Source: Camelus dromedarius
Taxonomy: Eukaryota
Direction of reading: 5' to 3'
Length of the DNA: 64,000 nt
Assembly: GCF_036321535.1 (NCBI RefSeq)
Contig: NC_087437.1
Location: 23,748,001-23,812,000 of the forward strand
The notes below the pieces were generated by a model that saw only the letters and a list, made by a program, of their open reading frames with translations, was not told where the DNA came from and made no database searches. A program made the translations under genes and the position numbers. Shown here one piece after another: positions 38,101 through 50,100 of the stretch. Position 1 is the stretch's first letter, and every line of letters begins with the position of its first letter.

Positions 38101-41100
38101 TTTGGCTGGATAATATTATACACACACATCTCACATTTTTTTTGTCCATTCATCAGTCAGTGGACACTGAGGATGTTTCCATATCCTGGCTACCGTGAAT
38201 AAGGGTTCAATAAACACATAAGTGCAGAAATCTCTTTGAGAACCTGATTTTATTTCCTTAGGATATATACTCAAAAGTTGGATTGCTGGATCTTATGGTA
38301 GTTCTATTTTTAATTATCTGAGGAGACTTAATACTCTTTTCCATAATGGCTGTACCAATTTACACTTCCACCAACAGAGTGTAAAGGTTCCTTTTTCTTT
38401 AAATCTTTGCCAACATATGGCTTGACTTTTTGATGACATTGTAACAGGTGTGATATGATATGTCATTATGGTTTTGATTTGCATTTTTCTGATGATTAAT
38501 GATGCTGAGCAGCTTTTCATATATGTGTTGGCCATATGTATGTCTTCTTTGAAAACATGTCTATTTAGATCCTTTGCTCACTTTCTAAGGGAAAGATACT
38601 GTTCTATGCACCACTTAATTCACACTACATTCTTACCAGGTTGATACTATTATCCCTATTTATAGAGGAAATAACTGAGGAACAATGAGGTTAATTAACT
38701 TGTATCATATTCCCCAGCTGCAAAGTGAAAAAGATGAGACACAAACGTGGGGAGGCTACATGCACAGTCTCCACTCTGAGCATTGTTCTACTGGCCTCAT
38801 GTATTTAAAAAATTTCATACTTATATAAAAATATCTAAATTATTAAAAGCTCTTTTCCTAAACTCCTTTAAAAACAGTGGTTTAGATATATGGACAGAGC
38901 CCTGATCACTGGGGCAGTTTTCAAATATGAGTGGCAGTGGTGCTATGATGGAAAGAAAATGGGGCCTGGAGTCTTGGCGGTGCATCTTAGCTGGGCGACC
39001 TTGAGAGAATCTCAGTACGTTCATCTGTGGATGAGGACCTCCCAGGTCTCTTTACTGAGACCAACAGAATAATGTATGCGAATGTGCTCCATAAATTGTA
39101 GGGAACAGTCCATCAGACTCTCATCTTTCTCTCAGCTATTCCTATATTGTTCTATCTAGGCTAATTAACATGGAAAACAAAACAATTCAGTATGAATAAG
39201 GTCAATTTTCCTTTCAAAATAAGTACAGTATTAGACGTCAGATATCTACGTGCTTGTATGTCTGTCCTGCCCTCACAGCTGCCCGTATGGATGGCTGAGT
39301 GACAGGCAGGGCTGGGCTCAGGCCCGTGGGATCTAGGCAGAGGCCAACTTCCTGTAAACACTCTGCCTGGCGTCTCCCCGAGATCCATGTTCCCTATCAG
39401 GCTGTCAAGTAACATGAAAGAGACCGCTGGACCTCATAGAGCTGAAGGTCCTCACAACTAGCATATTCCTATTACAGGGACTCAAATATGTTACTTTTTT
39501 CCAATGGAGAACTGAAAAACACAGGAGTTGAGATTTCTCAGGGGGCCTTCTCCTAGGTTTGCTCCTTGTAGTTTGGCTAAAATTGTGAGATGAACACATC
39601 TGTCCTTTTCCTCATTCTCCTGTCCACTTGCCTCTGGGATGGCATTCGAGGGTATCTCTATGGTGCCCTCCTCTGGCTTTGGCCAGGCCCTCATGGTCAT
39701 TTTGGGAGAGGGACTTGACCGAGGTGCCCTACCTGCTTAGCTCTCCCTGAAGATCGAGGAGTCTGGTCTCTGAGATCTCTGATCTCACCCCTAGGAGGCG
39801 CCCTACTCAGGGACAGGGGGCTAAGTGCTCACTCTGTTCCATCTGCCTTCTTTCCTGTACAGTTTACTCTCAGGTATAAACCAATAGCTTGTGGACCACT
39901 TTTCCTTTAGATCTCACTTTGGTTATATAAATTCAACAAGAGGGTAAAATTCTTACAGAACTACTTTGCAAAGTACCCTGGTAACCGCTCACCGACCTCC
40001 TGCAGGCAGCAGGGGAAACAACAGCTGGTACACCTTAGTGGTCTCTTCAGAGTTATGATTTCTTGGCCCTTAAGATCAAGGATCTTTATGATAAAAGGCC
40101 TGAAAGATCCATAGCAACATCTGGTACAGAAAGTAGTATCCTCTGCTGCAAAGTATATACACTGTCCAAAGTTGTCCTTAATTTCATATTTGTTATTGGT
40201 TTCATGACTTGTTAAGACTAAAAACATACAAGAGGAAGCCATAATCACCATTATGTTAAAATATTAGACTCATAATATTTTAGACATTAGTTTAGATGAT
40301 ATTTCTTAAATAGAAAGAACAGGAAAGGGGTTTAGAGATGATCTAGTCAGAGAAAAAAGGAAAGAGAGAGAAAGAGGAGGGGAAATTAAGCTACAGAGAA
40401 ATTAAAGTGATTTATGTGAGGCATGGAAAAGAAAATAACGCATATATTCCTGATTGCATAGGCCCATGTCAGAAACGGAGACTCTGCTGTGAGGGCTGGT
40501 GCGAAGCTGCAGAGGGTCAGAGCTGTGCTAAGTGTATGCAGAACATGTCTCCTTGTTCGTGTGTTCAAGTGTGGAGGAGAATACAGGATGATTGCTCTGT
40601 TTATGCTCCTTATAAGATTATATTGAATAAATTGGCTTGAGATTTTGTTTAATAAACCATAGCCATGGCTTATCATTCTGCACTGTGTGAGGAAGGTATG
40701 ACAGGGCTTACCCTCAATGCACACGTGTGAAAAGGGAGGGAATGGAATGGAAGGTGAGATAGAACATCACCCTGGGCCCAGGGCACCCTTGTTGAGCTCA
40801 GCAGTGGTTGTTCAGAAGTGGGAGATGGGTACTAGACAAGGCGGAAAGGTGCTTGGCAACCAAGGCTGCAGCTCATAGGATGTCTAGACCACTGGCATCC
40901 TAAGTGAACCCTGTACCTTAGAGGGGGCTGGTCTCTTCATGGAGGAAACAGCCATGCTAAATGCTGACACTCATGTGGTATCTTACCAAAGGGCTTCCCA
41001 TATTGAACTACACTTTGAAATCTCTCCTTGCTTAGGGCCAGGAAGGAGCAAGTAATGGTCCCACTTGTCCACAGCCCTCGTTAACATGTGTCACAGGATG

Positions 41101-44100
41101 TCAGAGCCACCAAATAATGAGCAATTAATAAAAATATACAGAGACGAAAACCACTCTCTAATATTTGTGTGGATAGACTTTTTAGTCAGATAGAAATCTC
41201 CGTCACAAGCTCTATCACCATGACCTCCTTCAAATGTCTTTTACTCAAACAGGCCCTGGACTTTGCCTAAAAGAACCATCTTTGACCTCAATATCTGCCA
41301 GACAAATGTTTGATGAGAAAAAAGCTAAATTGATTGAGATGGAATCTATTATCTAACTACTTCATTAAGCACCTTTATTTCAATAATCTTCAGTTTGCTC
41401 ATCTGTAAAATGAGACCAATGGGTTCACACAATCTCTTAAGTTTCCTTCTAATTACTGAAAAATGAAAACAAAAGAATTCTGTGGTTATGTTTTTATAGT
41501 GTAATACATTTTGAACTAGGGCAGCAGTTAAGTGTCTGTTATGGTCTCAGATGCTAAAAACAAAGTAATCTTCATTTCTTTATACAACTCATACATAATG
41601 TTAAAATATGATAGAGCTTTCTATTTGGGACAAAAAGAAAATTAAAGACTTCCCTTTAAAAACACTGAAGAATTAACAACTAGTAATTTGTTACTTACTT
41701 TATATTTCTTGCCAAAGAACAAGGATTTTCATGAATATATGTAGCTTTTAATCTAAAAACTATAAATCAAGCATTGTAAAATATATAATGTCTTGTCTTT
41801 TGGATTACATAATCTCAATAATATATGCCTTGGAATAAAACATTAAAAATTCAGAATGTAAATTATGAAACTTCAAAGAGCTCCTTTCCAGAGAAAACTG
41901 ATTTTAAAGAAACTGAACAAAACTAATAATAGTATAATATCTAATAATATATATTACAAGTAATATTTTAAGATGATACTTTTAAATTATTTTTTATTGA
42001 GATGTAATCGACATATAACATTGTATTGGTTTTAGGTGTACAAAATAATGATTTGATATCTGTATACATTGCAAAATGAATACCTCAGTAGTTTAGTTAA
42101 CATCCTTACCACACATACATTCAAATTTTTTTCTTGTGTGGGAAATTTTAAGATTTACTCTCTTAGCATCTTTCAAATATACCATTCAGTACTGTTAATT
42201 ATAGTCACCATGCTGTACACTACTTCCCTAGGATTTCTTTATCTTATAAATCGAAGTTTGTACCTTTATACCACCTTCACCCATTTCTCCCACCCACAAC
42301 CCTCATACCTCTGGCAAACACAATCTGTTCTCTGTATCTCTGAGTTTGGTTTCTTTCAGATTCCACATATGAGATCATACAGTATTCGCTTTCTCTATCT
42401 AGTTTAGTTCACTTAGCATAATGCTCTCAAGGTTCATCCATGTGTTTGAAAATGATAGCATTTCCCACTTTTTATGGCTGAATTATATTTCAGTGTATAT
42501 ATACCACATTTTCTTTATTCATCTTTCTGTCAGTAGAAACAGGTTGTTTTCAATTTTGACTATTTTGTAAATATGCTGCAGTGAACATGGGATTGCATAT
42601 ACTTTTTTGAGACGGTGATTTTGTTTTTTATGGAAAAATACCCAGAATTGGAATTGCTGGATTATATAGTAGTTCTTTTTTTTTAATTGACGTATAATTG
42701 ACATATGAAATCATATTGATTTTTAAAACTTTTTTTGTGGAATTTCCATACTGTTTTCCATGTTGGCTACACCAATTTACACTCCCTCCAACAGTGCTCA
42801 AGGGTTCTCTTTTCCCCACATCTTCACCAGCACTTGTTAGCTCTTCTCTTTTTGATAAGGTTTTAACCAGTATGAGGTGATATCTCATTATGATTTTGAT
42901 TTTATCTCTCTGATCATTAGTAATGTTGAGCACCTTTTCATGTATCCATTGGCCATTTGTATGATTTTTGTTTTGGAAAACATCTTTTGAGATCCTGTGC
43001 TCATTTTTAATCATTTTTTTTATTGAGTTTTATAAATTCTTTATATATTTTAGATGTTAATCCCTTATCAGATTTATGATTGGCAAATATTTTCTCCCAT
43101 TCATAGGGTGACTTTTCATTTTGTTGATGGTTTTCTTTGCGGGACAGAAGCTCTTTAGTTTAATGTAGTCCTACTTTGTTTTTGTTTTAATTTTCTGTTG
43201 TTTGTGACTTATACAAAAAAATCATTGCCTAGAACAATATCAAGGAGGTTACCTCCTCTATTTTCTTTTTCTTTTTTTCCCTCTATTTTCTTCCAGGAGT
43301 TCTGTATTTCAGGTCTTACATTCAAATCTTTATTCCATTTTGAGTTCTTTTTGATGTGTAAGGTGGTGATTCAGTTTTATTCGTTTGCATGTGTAAATCC
43401 AGTTTTTCCAACACCATTTATTGAAGAGATTGTCTTTTTCCCATTGTGTGTTATTGGTTCCTTTGTCATAAAATTTAAAAAAAAATTTTTTTTATTGAGT
43501 TATAGTCAGTTTACCCTTGTCATAAATTAATTGACTGATACATATAGGTTTATTTCTGGGTTCTCCACTCTATTCCATTGGTCTATATGTTTGTTTTATG
43601 CCAATACTCTATGGTTTTGATTAATATAGCCTTGTATTATGGCTGGAAATCAGGAAGCATAATTAGTACAGATTTGTTCTTTCTCAGGATTGCTTTAGCT
43701 TTTCTGGGGTTTTATGGTTCCCAAAATTTAGGATTTTTTTTTTCTCTTTCAACGAAAAATGCCATTGAGGTTTTGATAGGGTTTGAATTGAATCTGTGGA
43801 TTGCTTTTGTGTGGTATAGACATTTAAATAATATTTATTATTCAAATCAATGAAGACAGAATGTCTTTCCATTTATTTGTGTCTCCTTCACTGTCTTTTT
43901 ATCAATGTCATATAATTTTCAGAGTATAGTTTTTCCCTCTTCCTTGTTAAATTTGTTCCAGATATTTTCTTTTAGATACAATTGTAAATGGGATTGTTTT
44001 GTTTGTTTCTCTTTCTGGTAGCTTGCTGTTAGCATTGAGAAAGGCAACCAATTTTTGTATATTGATTTTGTATCCTGCACCTTTTCTGTACTTGTGTATT

Positions 44101-47100
44101 AGTTCCATCAGTTTACTGGTAGAGTTTTTAAGATTTTCTATATAATAACATTTAATTTGAAAATAGAGACAGCTTATTTCTTCCATTCCAATTTGGATGC
44201 CTTTTATTTCTTCTTCTTTCTTAATTGCTCTGGCTTGGACTTCAGTTCTGTGTTGAATAAAAGTGGCAAGAGCTGGCATCCTTGCCTTGTTCTTGAACTT
44301 AGAGGAAAAGTTTTCAGTTTTTCATAATTGAGTTTGACATTAGCTGTCGACTTATCACATAGGGCCTTTTGTGTTGAGATATGTTCCCTCTATACCCAGT
44401 TTGTTGAGAGTTTAGTATTATGAGTGGATATTGAATTCCGTCAGATGCTTTTTTGCATTTAATAAGATGATCATATGATTGTTATCTTTCATTTTGTCAA
44501 TATAATATATCACCTGGATTGATCTGCGTATATATTAATCAGGTATATTAGCCTGTAATTTTCTTTTCCAATAGCATCCTTTTTTGATTTGGCATCAGAG
44601 TAATTCTGGTCTCTTAAAATGAGCTTAAAAGTGTTTCCGCCTCTTATCTTTTTTGAGAGACTTTCAGATATTGGGTATTGTCTAAAATGTTTGATAGAAT
44701 TCACCAGTGAAGCCATCTGGTTCTGGACTATTGTTTGTTGAGGACTTTTTAATCACTGAGTCAGTCTCCTTACTTGTAATTAATGTGCTCAGATTTTCTA
44801 TTTGTTCATGATGAATTCTGAGAAGGTTGTATGTTTGTAGGAATTTACCTATTTCTTTTAGGTTTTTCAATTTGTTGGTGTATAATTGTTCACAGCAATC
44901 TCTCGTAATCCTTCGTATTTCTGTAAGGTCAGTGGTAACATCTCCGTTTTTTGAAGTTTTATTCATTGAACCCTCTCTCTTTTTACCTTGATGAGTCTAA
45001 CTAAAGATTTGTCTATTTTGTTTATCTTTTTTAAAAAACCCAGCTCTTAGTTCCATTGATTGTTTGTTTGTTTTTAGTCTCCATTTATTTATGCTCTGAT
45101 CTTTATTATTTTCTGCCACCTAGTAACTTTAGGCTAAGTTTGTTCTTTTTCCAGTTTCTTGAGTTATAAAATTGTATTGTTTGAGATCTTTCTTGTTTTT
45201 TAATGTTGAATTTATTGTTGTGAAGTTCCCTCTTAGAACCACTTTTGCTGCATCCTGTAAGTTTTGGTTGTTATATTTCCATTTATCTTAAGTTTTTTTT
45301 TTTATTTCTCTTTTGATCTCTTCATTAAACATTTGGTTGTTCAGCACTATATTGATTAATTTCCATATATTTGTGAATTTCCAGTTTTCTTTCTGTAATC
45401 ATTTCTAGTTTCATGCCATTGTTTTCAAAAAAGGTGTTTGATATGATTTCAGTCTTCCTAAATGTATCAATAATTCTGTTTGTGAAACATACAATCTATC
45501 CTGAAGAATGTTGCATGTATGCTTGTAAAGAATGTGTATTCTGCTGCTTTGGGATGAAATGTTCTGTAAATATCTGTTAGGTTCATCTGGCCTAACACGC
45601 CATATATGTGCAATGGTTCCTTACTGATTTTCTCTCTAGATGAACTATCCATTGCTGACTGTGGGTATTAACGTCCCCTGCTATTATTGTATTGCTGGCT
45701 ACTTCTCTCTTTAGATCTGTTAATATTAGTTTTATATATTTAGGTGTTCCTATGTTAGGTGCACAGATATTTACAAATGTTATATCCTTTGGTTGTGTTG
45801 ACACTTTTATCATTACATAACAAAATTTTTTGTCTTTTATGACACTCTTTGTCTTAAAATCTATTTTGTCCAATATAAGAATAGCTATCGCAGCTTTCTT
45901 TGGTTTTAATTTGCTTGGATATCTTTCCGTCACTACTGTTTCAGGGTGTGTGTGTCCTTAAAGCTGAGGTATCTTGTGCAATCACATAGTTGAATCTTGC
46001 TTTTTTATCTAGTCACTAGGTGTCACTGATCAGAGAATACTGTTCATTTACATTTAAAGTATTCATATATATATTTATATATATGACATTTAAAGATTAC
46101 TTTAATATTTTTAAGCACTTTAAAATATTTATTTATTTACTGGTGGGAGGGTAATTAGGTTTTTTTATTTCTTAATGGAGGTACTGGGGATTGAACCCAG
46201 GACCTTGTGCATGCTAAGTAGGCACTCTACCACTGAGCTATACCTTCTCCCCATAGATACGTACTTATTATTGCCATTTTATTAATAGTTTTCTGGGTGT
46301 TTTGCAATCCTTTGTTCCCTTCTTTTCTCCCTGTCTCTGCCTTTGTGCTTTGAGAATTTTATGTAGTGATATGCTTAGATTTCTTTTTCTTTATACTTTA
46401 TGAATATACTATAGGCTTTTGCTTTGGAATTACCATGAGGCTTATATAAAACATCTTATCTTTATAACAGTTTGTTTAAAGTTTAGAACAACTTCAGTTT
46501 GAACACATTCTATAGGGCCACTTTCTTACTCTTCAACCCACCACATTTTATGTTTTTGATATCACAATTTGCATCTTTTTACCTTGTGTATCCATTAACA
46601 AATTACTGTAGTTATAGTTTTTTTACTTTTGTCTTTTAACCTTCATATTAGATTTATAAGTGATTAATCCATCACCATTTTAACTGTAGATAATTCTGAA
46701 TTTAACTCTATCTTCACTTTTGCCAGTTAGATTTATACTGTCATACGTTCTCCTGTACTACTTTGTGTCCTTTCGTTTCAGCCTGAAGAAGTCTCTTTAA
46801 TATTTCTTGTAAGGAGGTCTATTGGTGATGGATTTCTTCAACTTTTGCTTGTCTGGAAAACGCTCTCTCTTTCAATTAAGAAGATCAACTTTACTAGGTA
46901 GAATATTCTTGGTTGGCACTTTCCCCCACCCAGAATTTTGAATATACCATCCCACTCCCTTCTGGCCTGCAACGTTTCTGCTGAAAAATCTACTCATGGT
47001 CTTGTAGGTCCTTGTAAGTAACAAATTATTTTTCTCTTGATGCTTTTAAGATTCTCTCCTTCTATTTTACTTCTGACAATTTAATTATAAGGTGTCTTCA

Positions 47101-50100
47101 TGTGAATCTCTTTGGATTAATCTTATTTGGAACACGCTGGGTCCTCAATTGTGAGGTCTGTAACTTTCCCCAGGTTAGGGAAGTCATCAGCCATTATTTC
47201 TTCCAGTGAGTTTTGTGCCTCTTTCTCTCTCTCTTTTCCTTCTTGGATCCCTGTAATGTGCTTATTGATCTGCATGGTGTTGTCCCATAAGTGCCTTAAG
47301 GTGACATTAATTTTTTTCCCCATTTTTCCTGATCCTCTGATTGGATGAATTCCACTACCTTGTCTTTGAGTTTGCTGATCCATTTTTCTGCTTCATCTAG
47401 TCTGCTGTTGAACCACTTTTGAATTTTTCAGTTCAATTCTTGTATTCTTCAGTATTCTGTATTTACATTTGGTACTGTCTTATATTTTCTATCCCTTGTT
47501 GAAATTCTCACAGTGTTTATGCATTATTCTTCTAACCATGGTGAGCTTCTCTATGGCTATTATTTCTTTAGCCTTTATATTGAAGTATAGTTGCTCTGCA
47601 ATATTATAGGTTACAGGTGTAAAATATAGTGATTTATAATTTTTAAAGGTTTTACTGCATTTATAGTTATTATAAAATATTGGCTATATTCTTTGTGTTG
47701 TATATATCCTTATTGCTTATTTTATACCTAATAGTTTGTACCTCTTAGTCCCCCACCTCAATATTGCCCCTCCCCACACTCCACTGGCAACTGCTAATTT
47801 GCTCTCTATATCTGTGAGTCTGCTTTTTTGTTTTGTTTATTTGTTATATTTACTAGTTTGTTGTATTTTTAAGATCCCACGTATAAGTGATATCATGTAG
47901 TATTTTTCTTTCTCTGTCTGACTTATTTTACTTGGCATAATTATGGCCATTATTTTTAATTCTTATTAGCTAAATCACTTATCTCCATTTCATTATGTCT
48001 TTTTCTGAGTTTTTATCTTGTTCTCTTGTTTGGAATATATTTCTCTGCTTCTTCGTTTTCCTTGAGTCCTTGTGTTGGTTTCAGTGTATTAGATAAAACA
48101 GCTACTTCTCCCCGTCTTGAAGGAGCAGCCTAAAGTAGGAGGTGAACCTTGTCATTTAACTCTGCCTTAGCTCTTAGTTGTCTCTCAGAGCTCTGTGACT
48201 GTCCCAGCAGCCTTCTTATTCTTAGTGGCTCTCAGTAGTTCAGTTGTGCCAAGACCTATCAGTTTCCCAAAGTGTAGGACCTTAGTCAGCACCTAGGTGC
48301 AGTCTGATTGGAAGCTGGACTTTCAGGCAGCAGCATTTAAAGTATGCAAATATACTTCTTTCAGGGGAAGATTGGGAGATGGGCATTTCTCTCAGCTATA
48401 TATGCACTGAGCCCTGGGTGGATAGCCAGTTAAGAATTGTTTGTTTGCTACTGTCCTGTTGAAACTGAATACAAGCCCTGCTACCACCAGAGCCAGGCTA
48501 TGAAGGGATGTTTCCTCTATGTGGCACCAGCAAAAGCTGGGTAACAGACATGTGTACAAGCTTCTTTCTAAGAGACATCAGCAAAGTAAGATGGAGGTGA
48601 GGAAGGGCACAAAGATGGCGCCCACAGGCCACTAAGGACTCTGGATTGCTCTGCAGTTGGCCATAGATGTGTGTTAAATTAGAAACCTTCCCCAAAAGTC
48701 AAAGCTTTTAAGATAAGCAACTATACTTCTTCCACAGTAAGACTGGGCTTCTTTTTGTCTGCTACATCTGTGCTGGGGCCTCCAGAGTTAGACTCCATGA
48801 GTCAACATTTAAGAATTATCTCGAGTTTGATGTAGCCTTGTGGGTCTTGTGAACATAAGCCCCGTAGCTCTCAAAGCTAGATAATTTGAATGCCCACTAC
48901 TCAATCTTAAGAGTTGGGGCACCAGGTATAGTGTCAAACCCTTCACTCCTCAGGGAGGAGCTGGGAGGTGTGAGTTCCCACCAGGTTGTGTGTTGTGCTG
49001 GGGGTATGGTTTATGAAAAGATTGTGTCTCAGCTTCCCCTACCCATTTCAGTGTGTATTTTTTTTCTCATTTGCCCAATGTGCAGACACTCAGCTAGTTT
49101 CTGGATTTCTTTCAGAGGGAATTATTCCATAAGTTTGTTGTAGATTCATTGTGTCCCTGGGAGAAGGTGAGTTTAGGAGCCTGCTCTGACATGATCTTGA
49201 ACTGGTCCATTATAAGTAATTTAAATGTAATAGGTGATAATTGTGTGTTTTAACCAAATCCATTACTCTGCTAGTACAATTCATGTTCTAAATCTCCTAC
49301 TGAAAAGGAACTTTGTAGAGACATAAAGATATATTTATAGATATATTCCACAACTAGCAGTTTTTACCAAACCCCTTACATCTGGAAGGGGGACACTCTG
49401 GATAATGAACCTTCCAGATTCTCTTTCCACTGGCAGCAGTGCTGAAGCATCTAGTGGCTTCCTAACTGTATTCTTGCACATGGAGAGCACTGGAAACATC
49501 TGGTAGAATCAAAGGAGTCATTTAGCACATTCAGGGTTGCTCATCTAGGAAGCCACGCCACTGGGCCTGCTGGTCAACACACTCCAGCATCACAGGGTCC
49601 CTTCATTCAAGCTGGTACTTCACAGTCCATGGAACACATCCCATGGGATGGGGACATAGGATTTATAGCATTCATCTGAATTCCCAAGAGAACCTATGAC
49701 CAGGAGTACAATTTCCCAAAACATACCCATCCAAATGCAAAAAGTTGACTCTCTTTGGAAACATACTAAGGTAACTGTAAGTACGTGGTACTAAGTTAAC
49801 ATGAACTATTGCCTGTGGCTCTGTGCCAATCTCAAGGTTATCACAAACTGGGAGAAAATAGCTGAAGTATAGAAATCAGGTAATGTGATAGATTCCCTCA
49901 AGTGATTTCTAGAGAAAAAAAGGGAACAAAAGTAAATTTTGATTGTTTTCTTTCTAAGTTGGGGTTTTTAACTTGAAGACAGTTTGGTCAGAGTAGTAGT
50001 ATTTTACTACTTGACTCCTAATTTCAAGAAATGAGCTACTGATAATCCTCATCAATTCATTATCACAGAGAGAGACAATTGTAAATCACCAGGTTTAACA

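Larger units (their letters stand above)
41985..49210 (-). mobile_element. Near full-length (about 7.2 kb) inactivated L1 with nested insertions
   Basis: In order: 3' UTR, ORF2 RT and EN fragments ([41 protein letters not shown]), ORF1 fragment (LRHLWDN...GIQEG) and 5' UTR; many stops and frameshifts. Confidence 0.93.

Noticed and set aside
40386..40724. 112-aa and Cys-rich 77-aa overlapping ORFs next to an exon
   Set aside because: They are intronic, with no recognisable homology or splice support, and are likely chance ORFs.
46175..46252. tRNA-like sequence with A and B boxes
   Set aside because: It has a SINE tail and A-rich end and a degenerate acceptor stem, so it is a SINE and not a tRNA gene.
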